A stretch of 64,000 nt of DNA. It comes from Macrostomum lignano. Taxonomy: Eukaryota. The notes beneath the pieces were generated by a model. The model worked only from the letters and a program-made list of their open reading frames with translations, did not search any database and had not been told where the DNA came from. Made by a program: the position numbers and the translations under genes. The stretch spans positions 196,165 through 260,164 of the forward strand of contig NIVC01001610.1 of assembly GCA_002269645.1 (NCBI GenBank), in the 5' to 3' direction. Positions 36,189-48,439 of this stretch are shown piece by piece (positions within the stretch are counted from its first letter, which is position 1; every line of letters starts with the position of its first letter).

Positions 36189-39100
36189 TCTGTTTGGGAT
36201 ACTACAGAAGTAAAAAAACAATTCGTCAGTTTTATTCTGCACACAGTTACCTGTCACATGACAGTCTCATCCTCTTGTAAATAGTTTACATTTCATCCAG
36301 GGCAGTCCTCTAGCTCAAGTACGGCTTAAAATGCGCATAGCTAAAAATATATAAACTGTGGGTGTGTTTCCTATCCAGAAGGTACTTAAAAAATTACCCT
36401 TATTTCGGTCTAGATTTAAATTATTTCACTACGTAATGCATGCTGTAACTAACAAGGAACAAAAGAGATCAAGCCTGCATTTAAACAGCTAATACAAATT
36501 TCGGGCTGCTAAACTTCCACAAGAATCAAAACGCGTCTGCATCGTCCCAGCAAGCCTCTTGGATGGATTCGTCAACGAAGGGACGGGAGAAGGTCGGCGG
36601 CAGTGCCAAGAATGTCGACAACGCCAATTTGTCGACTCGTCAAACTCGTTCAACTGCCAAGTCGTTTGGGCGATTCCTGCTGAAGCATTTCGTCGGCTGC
36701 GACGACCCGAGACGACAATACAAAACAGCCATGCGGTTTCGAAGGCTGTTGTAAGAGCGCTGACTGACAGAGGGCGCACTGTACTTTTTCTATCCAGAAA
36801 ATCCTAGTAGGAGATGTCGTGATTTCTGCCAGTCTTTTTGTATTTTAATTTCGAGTGTATCGCATATAGGATTGAAACAATCCTTAGTACATAGTCTGTC
36901 ATATCGGTTGTATATTCAAATATATTCAGCGCTAGACCGCTGGGCTACGGCCCCCCTTTGCCAGAAGCCTATAAGAAACATATATAACTCTCGTATCGCC
37001 AGTGCATTTAGCTAGATCAGTTTTGTCTATGGCAAAACCCCATTTAACGCTACGTGTTCTCCAGAGAGCAAGCGTTACTGGCCTGTCGACAGCTCATTTC
37101 TAAGAAAACTCGGGTGTAGCGTCTTATTTCAGTTGTTCATGCTTTGTACGTGTTATTATAATTGCCATATAACTATTGCTAACTCCTAAATTAGGGCGAA
37201 GTGAAAGTTCGTCATAATAAGCTCCGTTTACGAAGTATTATCTGTCTAATGACCAAGAATTTAAATTTTACTCGCCATTCTATGAACCTGGATAGAAAAG
37301 CAAAACAATAAATCTTTTTCATGAGCATCTCGCCAGCCATCGGTAATTCGTCTAGAGATTATAGAGATTTGGGAAGCTGAGATTTGGGATGCTGAGATTT
37401 GAGTCTGAGATTTGGGATGCTGAGATTTGGGATGCTGAGATTTGGGATGCTGAGATTTGGGATGCTGAGATTTTTGATGCTGAGATTTGGGATGCTGAGG
37501 TTTGGGATGCTGAGATTTTTGATGCTGAGATTTGGGATGCTGAGATTTGGGATGCTGAGGTTTGGGATGCTGAGATTTGGGATGCTGAGATTTGGGATGC
37601 TGAGATTTGGGATGCTGAGGTTTGGGATGCTGAGATTTGGGATGCTGAGATTTGGGGATGCTGAGATTTGGGATGCTGAGGTTTGGGATGCTGAGATTTT
37701 TGATGCTGAGATTTGGGATGCTGAGATTTGGGATGCTGAGGTTTGGGATGCTGAGATTTGGGATGCTGAGATTTGGGATGCTGAGATTTGGGGATGCTGA
37801 GATCTGGGATGCTGAGATTTGGGATGCTGAGATTTGGGGATCCTGAGATTTGGGATGCTGAGATTTGGGATGCTGAGGATGCTAGGGATGATGCTGACAA
37901 AAATCTTTTCCATCATGAGCATATCTCGCCAGCCATGCGCTAATTCAGCTACTTACCAGTAGAACGGCGAACATTTGCAGGGTAAAATCAGTGTTAAAAA
38001 TGTGTCAGAAAGGGAATCGCTCACCCCGGGCAGCGACTGTTTCTCGTGCAGAGCGGCCTGGCAGTGGATGGCGCTCTCCGGATGCATGTAGGTGAGGAAG
38101 GCGCATCCTGCAATTAGGCATGCATAAATCATTATCAAAAAGCAGCCTGCTCATCCAGTGCCGCGTACCTTTTTGAGATGCTTTTCTTGACGATTTAATT
38201 TTGTAGAGGGGAATCTGGCTTTGGAAATTCTACTCAAAAAGAAATCTGACTCCCTTTCAATTCGATTTGCCCGATTGAAAAGAAACAAATCATTTTTAAT
38301 ATATATTTGATTTTTTTGTTTTATATACGAAAGCACCACCGAATCAGTCATTAGCGCATGCAATGCCCCATCAGTGAATTCCTCCTCTCTTTTCTGCTCC
38401 TCGTAGGAGAAAAACCTGCTGCTGCATCGGTATAAATATGAAGCTAGAAATTTGTAAATCTCACCATTCAAATTAGCATAGTAGACTAGCGGTTTTTCCC
38501 TCTGCAGGGTTGTTTTTGAGAATTTCGCATGCGCTACCCAAAGTGTGTACAAATTTCAACTGCCACTCATACAGGTGGGTCATTGCGTTCGCCAGCATCT
38601 CGGCGTCTTAAGTTTTGCCTCTCCCCGATGCGATTTGTACTTCCGCCCTCCCGAAGCGCTTAGGCCAACGTCTTGAGCAAGCAGCTGCGCAGGAAATCTA
38701 GCATAGGAAAGGTGCAATTAGGGGCACCCCGATTGCATTGCCCAATTTACCCTGGCACCTGCCCCTACCGGCGCCAATTGCAATCGCCGATTTGGGCAAA
38801 AATTACTCTAGAAAACGCGGTTATAATCTGTAAAGCCTTGTCCTCATCAGCTGGTGCGCAGCATGTCTTTTACCGGCCCTTGAGGCGCTCAACAGCTGGG
38901 ATTTGAGTCTCTTTTTGTTTTCAAATTTATCTCTAGATCGGCCTGTTGTCAACCAGCCTCTGCTCTCCATCTGATTTTCATTTTCTTCTCTGTTGCAGCA
39001 GCCGGCCGGAGGGGATGCGAGGCTGCTAGGAAAAATGAGGCCGAGGGGATTAGGGTGGATGGCGCCTTCTCCCCTCTGCCCTCCCTTTTATCCTTCCGCC

Positions 39101-42100
39101 CCTGCTCCCCAAATCTGAGTCTGTCTGTCTGTCTGCCTCTCCCGCTTGCTTTCCCTTTCACCGCGCCGCTGTCTCACCTGGCGCCCCCTCTACCAGCCTG
39201 AGGATTCGCCGGAGTGACTCGCCCTCTCTCTCCCGCGCTTCGGCAGGAAATCCCGGAGGCGGCGGCCCATCCCATCGCGCCTCTCCTTCCCTTTCCTCCC
39301 CAAGCCTGCTCCCACTTTAATTAATTTTTAATTACTTGCAACTGGCCGGGGCCTCTCGTTTGCTTGGGGCGCGGCTCAGAGGGATAGAAAATGGAGAGAT
39401 CTGTCTGGGGAGGGGGGGGGGCGAACCTCGGATCTCCAGCCTACGATGGGTCGGGGAGGCGGGCCACTCGCAATCATCGCAGGCGCCCTGTTTATAATCC
39501 CCCCCCCCCCGGTGTGGACAAAGGGGATAAAAATGCGGGATTAACAAAGGGAGGGTACGATAGGGCGAGGAAATGATAGCGGATGCGAGATTCGCTCCCC
39601 GCCTCTTCATCATTTCATTTCAGCTGCCGTTTTGCCGTCTTCCGCGCCTGCTTTTGCAGCCATGCCGTCCGCTCCGCCCCCGGTTTCTTGAGATTCAACA
39701 GGGGGAAGGCGGGCTGGATTTGTGATGGCTCGGAAATTGGCTCGAAAGAGTCGAATAAAAATTCTACCTGCATGGAGCCAATAGTTAAGCAAAATCAGCG
39801 GGAGCTGCTGCGGGCGCCCATTATCCGCCCTCTTCTGCCTTGCGCCCCGCCCCGCCCGTACGCTGTTTCTTGAAAAATTTGAAGACGCCAAATTTCTGCT
39901 CGGAAGGCTTCGGCTGCTTTTTTACTGAGCCAAGCTGTTTGCCTCTTTTTAGAGGGAATTGCAGTAATTAAGTTTCGGGATGCAGAGATTTTTAAGATGC
40001 TGAGATTTGGGTGCTGAGATTTGGGGATGCTGAGATTTGGGGATGCTGAGATTTGGGGATTCAAGATTTGGGGTGCTGAGAGTTGGGGATGCTGAGATTT
40101 GGGTGCTGAGATTTGGGGATTCGAGATTTGGGGTGCTGAGATTTGGGGATTCGAGATTTGGGGTGCTGAGATTTGGGGATTCTAGATTTGGGATGCTGAG
40201 ATTTGTGATGCTGAGATTTGGGGATGCTGAGATTTGGGGGTGCTGAGATTTGGGGATGCTGAAATTTGGGATGCTGAGATTTGGGGATCCGAGATTTGGG
40301 GTGCTGAGATTTGGGGATGCTGAAATTTGGGATGCTGAGATTTGGGATGCTGAGATTTGGGATGCTGAGATTTGGGGATGCTGAGATTTGGGGATGCTGA
40401 GATTTGGGGGTGCTGAGATTTGGGGATGCTGAAATTTGGGATGCTGAGATTTGGGGATCCGAGATTTGGGGTGCTGAGATTTGGGGATGCTGAAATTTGG
40501 GATGCTGAGATTTGGGATGCTGAGATTTGGGATGCTGAGATTTGGGGATGCTGAGATTTGGGGATGCTGAGATTTGGGATGCTGAGATTTGGGGTGCTGA
40601 GAGTTGGGATGTTGAGATTTGGGATGCTGAGATTTGGGATGCTGAGATTTGGGATGCTGAGATTTGGGATGCTGAGATTAGGGGTGCTGAGAGTTGGGAT
40701 GCTGAGATTTGGAGATGTTGAGATTTGGGGATGCTGAGATTTGGGGATGCTGAGATTTGGGATGCTGAGATTTGGGGATGCTGAGATTTGGGGATGCTGA
40801 GATTTGGGATGCTGAGATTTAGGGATGCTGAGATTTGGGATGCTGAGATTTGGGGATGCTGAGATTTGGGATGCTGAGATTTGGGGATGCTGAGATTTGG
40901 GATGCTGAGATTTGGGGATGCTGAGATTTGGGATGCTGAGAGTTGGGGATCTGAGATTTGGGGTGCTGAGAGTTGGGGATCCGAGATTTGGGATGCTGAG
41001 ATTTGGGGATGCTGAGATTTGGGATTCTGAGATTTGGGGATGCTGAGATTTGGGATGCTGAGATTTGGGGATGCTGAGATTTTGGATGCTGAGAGTTGGG
41101 GATCCGAGATTTGGGGTGCTGAGAGTTGGGGATCCGAGATTTGGGATGCTGAGATTTGAAAGCCCAAGACAACAATTGCGATTCCCGAGCCCAGCGAAAT
41201 GCTCTCGCTGCAGCTGGAGGTCGTCACCATCCGTCCAGTCAGTATTCGCGCACCCCATGCGGCCCTGGGAGGGGAGAGGCCTGAATGTAGCCAGCGAGAG
41301 GAGAGGCCACAGGGTGTCCAGAATCAGTGCACAGATAGGGAGGCAGGCGGCTTGTTTAACTACAGGATTATCTTGAGTGCAGCACGCTTTTCATCCGTTT
41401 CGATTCGAATTTTTCTCAACGATTTATCATGTGCCGCCGAATTCACAACTGCTTGTACATGCACAGCTCACTGCACGGCCCCTGCAGCCATCTTGACTGC
41501 CTTTTAGTGCATCTCTCGACGAGTGAGAGGGGAAAGAGGATTGAAAAGCATTTTATATGGGAAGAAATTCTTGGTACTTGACACTTAAGATATTTGGGAT
41601 TCTGAAATTTGGGATGCTGAGATTTGGGATGTTGAGATTTGAGGATGCTGAGATTTAGGATGCTGAGATTTGGGGATCCTGAGATTTGGGAATCCTGAGA
41701 TTTTGGGATGCTGAGATTTGGGATACTGAGATTTGGGGAAGCTGAGATTTGGGGTGCTGAGATTTGGGGTGCTGAGATTTGGGGATGCTGAAATTTGGGA
41801 TGCTGAGATTTGGGATGCTGAGATTTGGGGATGCTGAGATTTGGGGATGCTGAGATTTGGGGGTGCTGAGATTTGGGGATGCTGAAATTTGGGATGCTGA
41901 GATTTGGGGATCCGAGATTTGGGGTGCTGAGATTTGGGGATGCTGAAATTTGGGATGCTGAGATTTGGGATGCTGAGATTTGGGATGCTGAGATTTGGGG
42001 ATGCTGAGATTTGGGGATGCTGAGATTTGGGATGCTGAGATTTGGGGTGCTGAGAGTTGGGATGTTGAGATTTGGGATGCTGAGATTTGGGATGCTGAGA

Positions 42101-45100
42101 TTTGGGATGCTGAGATTTGGGATGCTGAGATTAGGGGTGCTGAGAGTTGGGATGCTGAGATTTGGAGATGTTGAGATTTGGGGATGCTGAGATTTGGGGA
42201 TGCTGAGATTTGGGATGCTGAGATTTGGGGATGCTGAGATTTGGGGATGCTGAGATTTGGGATGCTGAGATTTAGGGATGCTGAGATTTGGGATGCTGAG
42301 ATTTGGGGATGCTGAGATTTGGGATGCTGAGATTTGGGGATGCTGAGATTTGGGATGCTGAGATTTGGGGATGCTGAGATTTGGGATGCTGAGAGTTGGG
42401 GATCTGAGATTTGGGGTGCTGAGAGTTGGGGATCCGAGATTTGGGATGCTGAGATTTGGGGATGCTGAGATTTGGGATTCTGAGATTTGGGGATGCTGAG
42501 ATTTGGGATGCTGAGATTTGGGGATGCTGAGATTTTGGATGCTGAGAGTTGGGGATCCGAGATTTGGGGTGCTGAGAGTTGGGGATCCGAGATTTGGGAT
42601 GCTGAGATTTGAAAGCCCAAGACAACAATTGCGATTCCCGAGCCCAGCGAAATGCTCTCGCTGCAGCTGGAGGTCGTCACCATCCGTCCAGTCAGTATTC
42701 GCGCACCCCATGCGGCCCTGGGAGGGGAGAGGCCTGAATGTAGCCAGCGAGAGGAGAGGCCACAGGGTGTCCAGAATCAGTGCACAGATAGGGAGGCAGG
42801 CGGCTTGTTTAACTACAGGATTATCTTGAGTGCAGCACGCTTTTCATCCGTTTCGATTCGAATTTTTCTCAACGATTTATCATGTGCCGCCGAATTCACA
42901 ACTGCTTGTACATGCACAGCTCACTGCACGGCCCCTGCAGCCATCTTGACTGCCTTTTAGTGCATCTCTCGACGAGTGAGAGGGGAAAGAGGATTGAAAA
43001 GCATTTTATATGGGAAGAAATTCTTGGTACTTGACACTTAAGATATTTGGGATTCTGAAATTTGGGATGCTGAGATTTGGGATGTTGAGATTTGAGGATG
43101 CTGAGATTTAGGATGCTGAGATTTGGGGATCCTGAGATTTGGGAATCCTGAGATTTTGGGATGCTGAGATTTGGGATACTGAGATTTGGGGAAGCTGAGA
43201 TTTGGGGATGCTGAGATTTGGGGTGCTGAGATTTGGGGATGCTGAGATTTGGGGATACTGAGATTTGGGGAAGCTGAGATTTGGGGAAGCTGAGATTTGG
43301 GAATCCTGAGATTTTGGGATGCTGAGATTTGGGATGTTGAGATTTGGGGATGCTGAGATTTGGGGATGCTGAGATTTAGGGATGCTGAGATTTGGGGATG
43401 CTGAGATTTGGGATGTTGCGACTTCTGGGAGCGGAGAAAGGGAAAATTCGGAAATGTCTACAGATAGGGGAAGTTCGCACACTGGGTGATGGATATTGAG
43501 CGAGTACAAGCAGCAGTTTTAATGAGACTTATGAAACATAATTTGTATTTTCGTATCGAACAGCAATGGTGGCCAAGGCAGTGCAGATTGGCATAGAAAA
43601 TCACGCACGTTAGAAAAAAGAAGGAAGACAATCTTAGTAGACTTTTGCCCGGGGCCTATTTGGGCTTATACTCAGCATACAGATACAGCAGAGATGGCTT
43701 CTACATGAATCAAGCGAAATTTCACTGTCACTACGTTAAGCGGCATAGTGATAAGGAAGTTAGTGGGGTATGGGGTGACGGGTCATCTGAGGATCAGAGA
43801 GTGACAGGTCACCTGAGGATCAGTGAGTGACGGTCACCTGAGGATCAGAGAGTGACAGGTCACCTGAGGATCAGAGAGTGACGGGTCACCTGTGGAGGAT
43901 CAGAGAGTGACGGGTCACCTGAGGATCAGAGAGTGACGGGTCACCTGTGGAGGATCAGAGAGTGACGGGTTACCTGAGGATCAGTGAGTGACGGGTCACC
44001 TGTGGAGGATCAGAGAGTGACGGGTCACCTGTGGAGGATCAGAGAGTGACGGGTTACCTGAGGATCAGTGAGTGACGGGTCACCTGTGGAGGATCAGAGA
44101 GTGACGGGTCACCTGTGGAGGATCAGAGAGTGACGGGTTACCTGAGGATCAGTGAGTGACGGGTCACCTGTGGAGGATCAGAGAGTGACGGGTCACCTGT
44201 GGAGGATCAGAGAGTGACGGGTTACCTGAGGATCAGTGAGTGACGGGTCACCTGTGGAGGATCAGAGAGTGACGGGTCACCTGTGGAGGATCAGAGAGTG
44301 ACGGGTTACCTGAGGATCAGTGAGTGACGGGTCACCTGTGGAGGATCAGAGAGTGACGGGTCACCTGTGGAGGATCAGAGAGTGACGGGTTACCTGAGGA
44401 TCAGTGAGTGACGGGTCACCTGTGGAGGATCAGAGAGTAACGGGTCACCTGTGGAGGATCAGAGAGTGACGGGTCACCTGAGGATCAGAGAGTGACGGGT
44501 CACCTGTGGAGGATCAGAGAGTGACGGGTCACCTGAGGATCAGAGAGTGACGGGTCACCTGAGGATCAGAGAGTGACGGGTCACCTGAGGATCAGAGAGG
44601 GGCAAATTCCCTGAGAAAATTTTTCCAGAGACTTAGGAGTAAAAGTTCAGGTGAAATATTCAAAATCACAGCAGTGCTAGGAAGATTCTGTACAAGTGAG
44701 TAATAAGATTCTTCATTCTGCCCAACGGCTTGTCAATGCAGTGGAGCTGAATGCGGCTGAACACATTCGGAACAAGCAGTTGGCCCGAGAGCGGCTTACA
44801 AACATCAGAGCTGATTAATTGAGCCTAAAGAGAAAGAGAAAATTTTAATTCTGCCCGTTGATGAATGACCGGAGGAGAAGGACGCGGTAATCCGGCAGCA
44901 GGTAAACCCCCAAGTGCGCAGGGTCTCCCCGAGACTTATTAGGAACAAGCACTTACTACACTTGCTTGTTTGCGCAGTGGCTTGTTTTTGAGTTAGACAG
45001 GTGAGGCCGGGCTTTTAAGAGAAAGAGGTGGAGAGCCATTGGCTTGAATTGCAAGTGGCCGCTAAGCTCAAGATGGCTGACTGTTGACGGAGACTGATGG

Positions 45101-48081
45101 GTAAGAGTCTCAGTTTCTTTACAGAAACGGCAGAAATGACTTCTTTGAAGTGTTGAGAAGTCGCCAGCCCTTTTGCTTCGAGTTTTGCCTTTTTCTGTTG
45201 CCGCCCCAGCAAAGCAGCAAATGTTGCATTTCTCATCGCCTCCGACGTCCGTCTATTCTGTCAGGAATGCGGGATAGGCTGCTCAGAAAGGGGAAGCCGA
45301 TTCAGAGCTGAGCTGAATGGGGAGAAATGGGAGAAATATAAGAGAGATGGCAGGGGAAAACAGACAGGCGCGTTGCCGCATTTTGATCCCCGCGGCACGC
45401 AAAGTGGCTTTCAGCTTTTGGGGATCCGAGATCCCCTCTGGTTTCCCCATTCATCCTGTTGGCAAGCAGATCCCGGATTCCCTGCGGCACGCGACTTTCT
45501 CGGAGTCAAATAGAGGGCCCGGGTGTGCATTTCATGGCTGCCGATGCTGGCAGGCTATCACACACTACTACAGCATTGCTGTTGGATAGCAATCACACAC
45601 TACTACAGCATTGCTGTTGGATAGCAATCACACACTACTACAGCACTGCTGTTGGATAGCAATCACACACTACTACAGCATTGCTGTTGGATAGCAATCA
45701 CACACTACTACAGCACTGCTGTTGGATAGCAATCACACACTACTACAGCATTGCTGTTGGATAGCAATCACACACTACTACAGCATTGCTGTTGGATAGC
45801 AATCACACACTACTACAGCATTGCTGTTGGATAGCAATCACACACTACTACAGCACTGCTGTTGGATAGCAATCACACACTACTACAGCACTGCTGTTGG
45901 ATAGCAATCACACCCTACTACAGCATTGCTGTTGGATAGCAATCACACACTACTACAGCACTGCTGTTGGATAGCAATCACACACTACTACAGCACTGCT
46001 GTTGGATAGCAATCACACACTACTACAGCACTGCTGTTGGATAGCAATCACACACTACTACAGCACTGCTGTTGGATAGCAATCACACACTACTACAGCA
46101 TTGCTGTTGGATAGCAATCACACACTACTACAGCACTGCTGTTGGATAGCAATCACACACTACTACAGCACTGCTGTTGGATAGCAATCACACACTACTA
46201 CAGCACTGCTGTTGGATAGCAATCACACACTACTACAGCACTGCTGTTGGATAGCAATCACACACTACTACAGCACTGCTGTTGGATAGCAATCACACAC
46301 TACTACAGCACTGCTGTTGGATAGCAATCACACACTACTACAGCACTGCTGTTGGATAGCAATCACACACTACTACAGCATTGCTGTTGGATAGCAATCA
46401 CACACTACTACAGCATTGCTGTTGGATAGCAATCACACACTACTACAGCATTGCTGTTGGATAGCAATCACACACTACTACAGCATTGCTGTTGGATAGC
46501 AATCACACACTACTACAGCACTGCTGTTGGATAGCAATCACACACTACTACAGCACTGCTGTTGGATAGCAATCACACACTACTACAGCACTGCTGTTGG
46601 ATAGCAATCACACACTACTACAGCACTGCTGTTGGATAGCAATCACACACTACTACAGCACTGCTGTTGGATAGCAATCACACACTACTACAGCACTGCT
46701 GTTGGATAGCAATCACACACTACTACAGCACTGCTGTTGGATAGCAATCACACACTACTACAGCATTGCTGTTGGATAGCAATCACACACTACTACAGCA
46801 TTGCTGTTGGATAGCAATCACACACTACTACAGCATTGCTGTTGGATAGCAATCACACACTACTACAGCACTGCTGTTGGATAGCAATCACACACTACTA
46901 CAGCACTGCTGTTGGATAGCAATCACACACTACTACAGCACTGCTGTTGGATAGCAATCACACACTACTACAGCATTGCTGTTGGATAGCAATCACACAC
47001 TACTACAGCATTGCTGTTGGATAGCAATCACACACTACTACAGCATTGCTGTTGGATAGCAATCACACACTACTACAGCATTGCTGTTGGATAGCAATCA
47101 CACACTACTACAGCATTGCTGTTGGATAGCAATCACACACTACTACAGCACTGCTGTTGGATAGCAATCACACACTACTACAGCATTGCTGTTGGATAGC
47201 AATCACACACTACTACAGCATTTCTGTTGGATAGCAATCACACACTACTACAGCACTGCTGTTGGATAGCAATCACACACTACTACAGCACTGCTGTTGG
47301 ATAGCAATCACACACTACTACAGCACTGCTGTTGGATAGCAATCACACACTACTACAGCACTGCTGTTGGATAGCAATCACACACTACTACAGCATTGCT
47401 GTTGGATAGCAATCACACACTACTACAGCACTGCTGTTGGATAGCAATCACACACTACTACAGCATTGCTGTTGGATAGCAATCACACACTACTACAGCA
47501 TTGCTGTTGGATAGCAATCACACACTACTACAGCACTGCTGTTGGATAGCAATCACACACTACTACAGCACTGCTGTTGGATAGCAATCACACACTACTA
47601 CAGCATTGCTGTTGGATAGCAATCACACACTACTACAGCATTGCTGTTGGATAGCAATCACACACTACTACAGCATTGCTGTTGGATAGCAATCACACAC
47701 TACTACAGCATTGCTGTTGGAAAGCAATCACAGACTACTACAGCATTGCTGTTGGATAGCAATCGCACACTACTGCAGCTCCACAGAATTTCTGTTCCAC
47801 TACAATCAGACACTGCTACTCAATGATTCAGAATATCTATTGCTCAGACAAAGCTAGGACTCACCTTTGTGAATTCCAGTCAGCTTGTCCTTCAACACGC
47901 TGAGCTCAAGAATCGGCCCGAACTCTTCAAACAGCGGCCTGAGTTCGAGCTCCTCCATGTTTCTAGGGATCTGGCCTACGAATAGTTTGATGCGATCGGA
48001 CTTGGCCAGAATCGGCTGGCCGCCCGGTCGAGTGATGTCGAACGACTGATGAGGATGATGCTGATGGTTTTGATGCGGCAT
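22147..48081 (-). CDS. CELF: CELF3-6 / bruno-like (unc-75 type) three-RRM RNA-binding protein, 8 exons, 540 aa: 47865-48081, 38025-38107, 35454-35502, 30286-30494, 26001-26153, 23123-23594, 22977-23027, 22147-22535
   Basis: All junctions are GT-AG and phase-compatible (total 1623 nt). RRM1 [13 protein letters not shown]...KG|CAFLTY, RRM2 RKLFVGML...KGCAFVKY, linker [15 protein letters not shown] motif, RRM3 [18 protein letters not shown]...[11 protein letters not shown]-terminus [10 protein letters not shown] typical of CELF3-6. The exon 6 and exon 8 acceptors are best guesses among nearby AGs. Confidence 0.92.
22665..22815. repeat. Short about 22-bp minisatellite in CELF intron 7
   Basis: Unit GTGCCCC(C)TTACTCCACA(G). 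Confidence 0.85.
22977..23027 (-). CDS. CELF: CELF exon 7 (51 nt, [17 protein letters not shown])
   Basis: tttcag|CG ... G|gtgaga; matches the CELF DPLQQAY motif; not in the ORF track. Confidence 0.85.
23123..23594 (-). CDS. CELF: CELF exon 6 (low-complexity Ala/Gly/Gln divergent domain)
   Basis: Poly-T tract then ggccag|AGC; in frame with ORF 23079..23552; G|gtgaga donor. Confidence 0.8.
23765..24460. repeat. 21/22-bp GGTAGATGGGAT-family minisatellite
   Basis: Units GGGATTAGGGAGCTAGGTAGAT and GGGATCGGGATCTAGGTAGAT; related to 26280-27260. Confidence 0.93.
25395..25860. repeat. Telomere-like degenerate 12-bp repeat (interstitial)
   Basis: AACCTAAAC(C/A)GT units, i.e. TTAGGT/TTTAGG hexamers on the - strand. 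Confidence 0.85.
26001..26153 (-). CDS. CELF: CELF exon 5 (end of RRM2 and linker)
   Basis: ttccag|[28 protein letters not shown] ... CAG|gtaccg. Confidence 0.92.
26280..27260. repeat. 21-bp minisatellite
   Basis: Unit GGATCCAGGTAGAT(A/G)GGATCG. Confidence 0.95.
27890..29790. repeat. 14-bp minisatellite in CELF intron 4 (UG-rich on the transcript)
   Basis: Unit AC(A/G)GACACTGTAAC; sense RNA GUUACAGUGUCUGU. Confidence 0.95.
30286..30494 (-). CDS. CELF: CELF exon 4 (RRM2)
   Basis: ttccag|AT GAT CGC AAG CTG ... GCT|gtgagt. Confidence 0.93.
30830..32290. repeat. 40-bp minisatellite (20-bp subunits, 120-bp higher-order block)
   Basis: Unit TGATTTCATCTATCCACTCCCAGCCTCATCTACAGAATCC; rows 30961-31380 repeat every 120 bp. 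Confidence 0.95.
32620..33048. repeat. 23-bp pyrimidine-rich minisatellite
   Basis: Unit GAATTC(C/T)CTTCTCTGCCCTCCC(T/C). Confidence 0.95.
33193..33467 (-). CDS. Candidate additional CELF exon encoding a poly-Gln tract (cassette or alternative first coding exon)
   Basis: Pyrimidine tract plus caattag|C acceptor. Open frame IRKRESK...[11 protein letters not shown]...Q-run...LAHLPGHE. G|gtgagg donor in phase 1, in frame with RRM2 exon 4. Confidence 0.6.
35454..35502 (-). CDS. CELF: CELF exon 3 ([16 protein letters not shown], end of RRM1)
   Basis: ctgcag|ATG ... G|gtgagt; matches CELF [13 protein letters not shown]. Confidence 0.9.
36105..36187. repeat. (TATC)n microsatellite
   Basis: Perfect tetranucleotide run. 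Confidence 0.98.
36868..36957 (-). pseudogene. Degenerate tRNA-like sequence or SINE head
   Basis: Minus strand begins GGGGCCGTAGCCCAGCGGTCTAGCGCTG (tRNA 5' arm, A-box) with a decayed B-box (GTTTCAATCCT); no full cloverleaf. Confidence 0.4.
37365..37880. repeat. 15/16-bp GATGCTGAGATTTGG(G) satellite, array 1
   Basis: Same unit recurs at 39975-41160, 41595-42612 and 43045-43415. Confidence 0.95.
38025..38107 (-). CDS. CELF: CELF exon 2 (RRM1 RNP1 half)
   Basis: ttgcag|[38 protein letters not shown]|gtgagc. Confidence 0.92.
39975..43415. repeat. GATGCTGAGATTTGG(G) satellite arrays interrupted by two identical unique islands; 1453-bp tandem duplication
   Basis: Island 41161-41600 is repeated at 42614-43053; variant patterns of the flanking satellite also match at offset 1453. 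Confidence 0.93.
43785..44600. repeat. 26/29-bp minisatellite
   Basis: Unit GAGGATCAGAGAGTGACGGGTCACCT(GTG); contains the palindrome GTGAC-GG-GTCAC. Confidence 0.95.
45555..47765. repeat. Highly homogeneous 35-bp minisatellite (about 63 copies) in CELF intron 1
   Basis: Unit TGCTGTTGGATAGCAATCACACACTACTACAGCA(C/T). Confidence 0.98.
47865..48081 (-). CDS. CELF: CELF exon 1 (start, RRM1 N-terminal half)
   Basis: ATG at 48081; [13 protein letters not shown]...DKLTGIHK G|gtgagt. Confidence 0.9.
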
Positions 48082-48258
48082 TTCGTAGTCTCCTAATAAC
48101 TATACTGATGAAGCTGGACGGGATCTGTTTAGCGTTTGCAGAGCAAAATATGAAGGCGAATAATATTTTAATCTTTATAGATTTTTGACGCTGAAATCGG
48201 TGTCGATTTGTTGAAGCTCGGCTGGGGTGGCGCGGACTCATATTTCTCTCGCGCTCTC

Positions 48259-48270
48259 TGATTGGCGTCA
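48259..48270 (-). promoter_or_regulatory. CCAAT box with adjacent TGACG half-site, about 180 bp upstream of the CELF ATG
   Basis: Minus strand reads TGACGCCAATCA; positional inference only. Confidence 0.3.
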
Positions 48271-48439
48271 GGCCGCAGGACGGTCTGCTCAGAGAGAGGG
48301 GGGACGCGGCTATACAAGACAGCTGAACATCCTGCTGCAGAAATGGCGCATGAAATTCTGGGGCGATGGGGGAGAGAAGAGGGAGAGAGGTGAGTGTGGA
48401 GTGAGAGGTGAGAGTGGGGAATGAAAGGGGTGAGAGTGG

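Noticed and set aside
39177-39300. Possible alternative CELF first exon ending at AG|GTGAGA
   Set aside because: The ATG frame ends in phase 2, incompatible with exon 2 (phase 1); the other ATG frame hits a stop.
40061-42711. ORFs of 340-420 aa ([15 protein letters not shown] repeats) and the duplicated 102-103-aa ORFs
   Set aside because: Satellite translations plus a duplicated island with no recognisable domain or convincing splice sites.
45555-47765. 35-bp palindromic repeats as a possible CRISPR array
   Set aside because: No spacers, no cas genes, eukaryotic intron.
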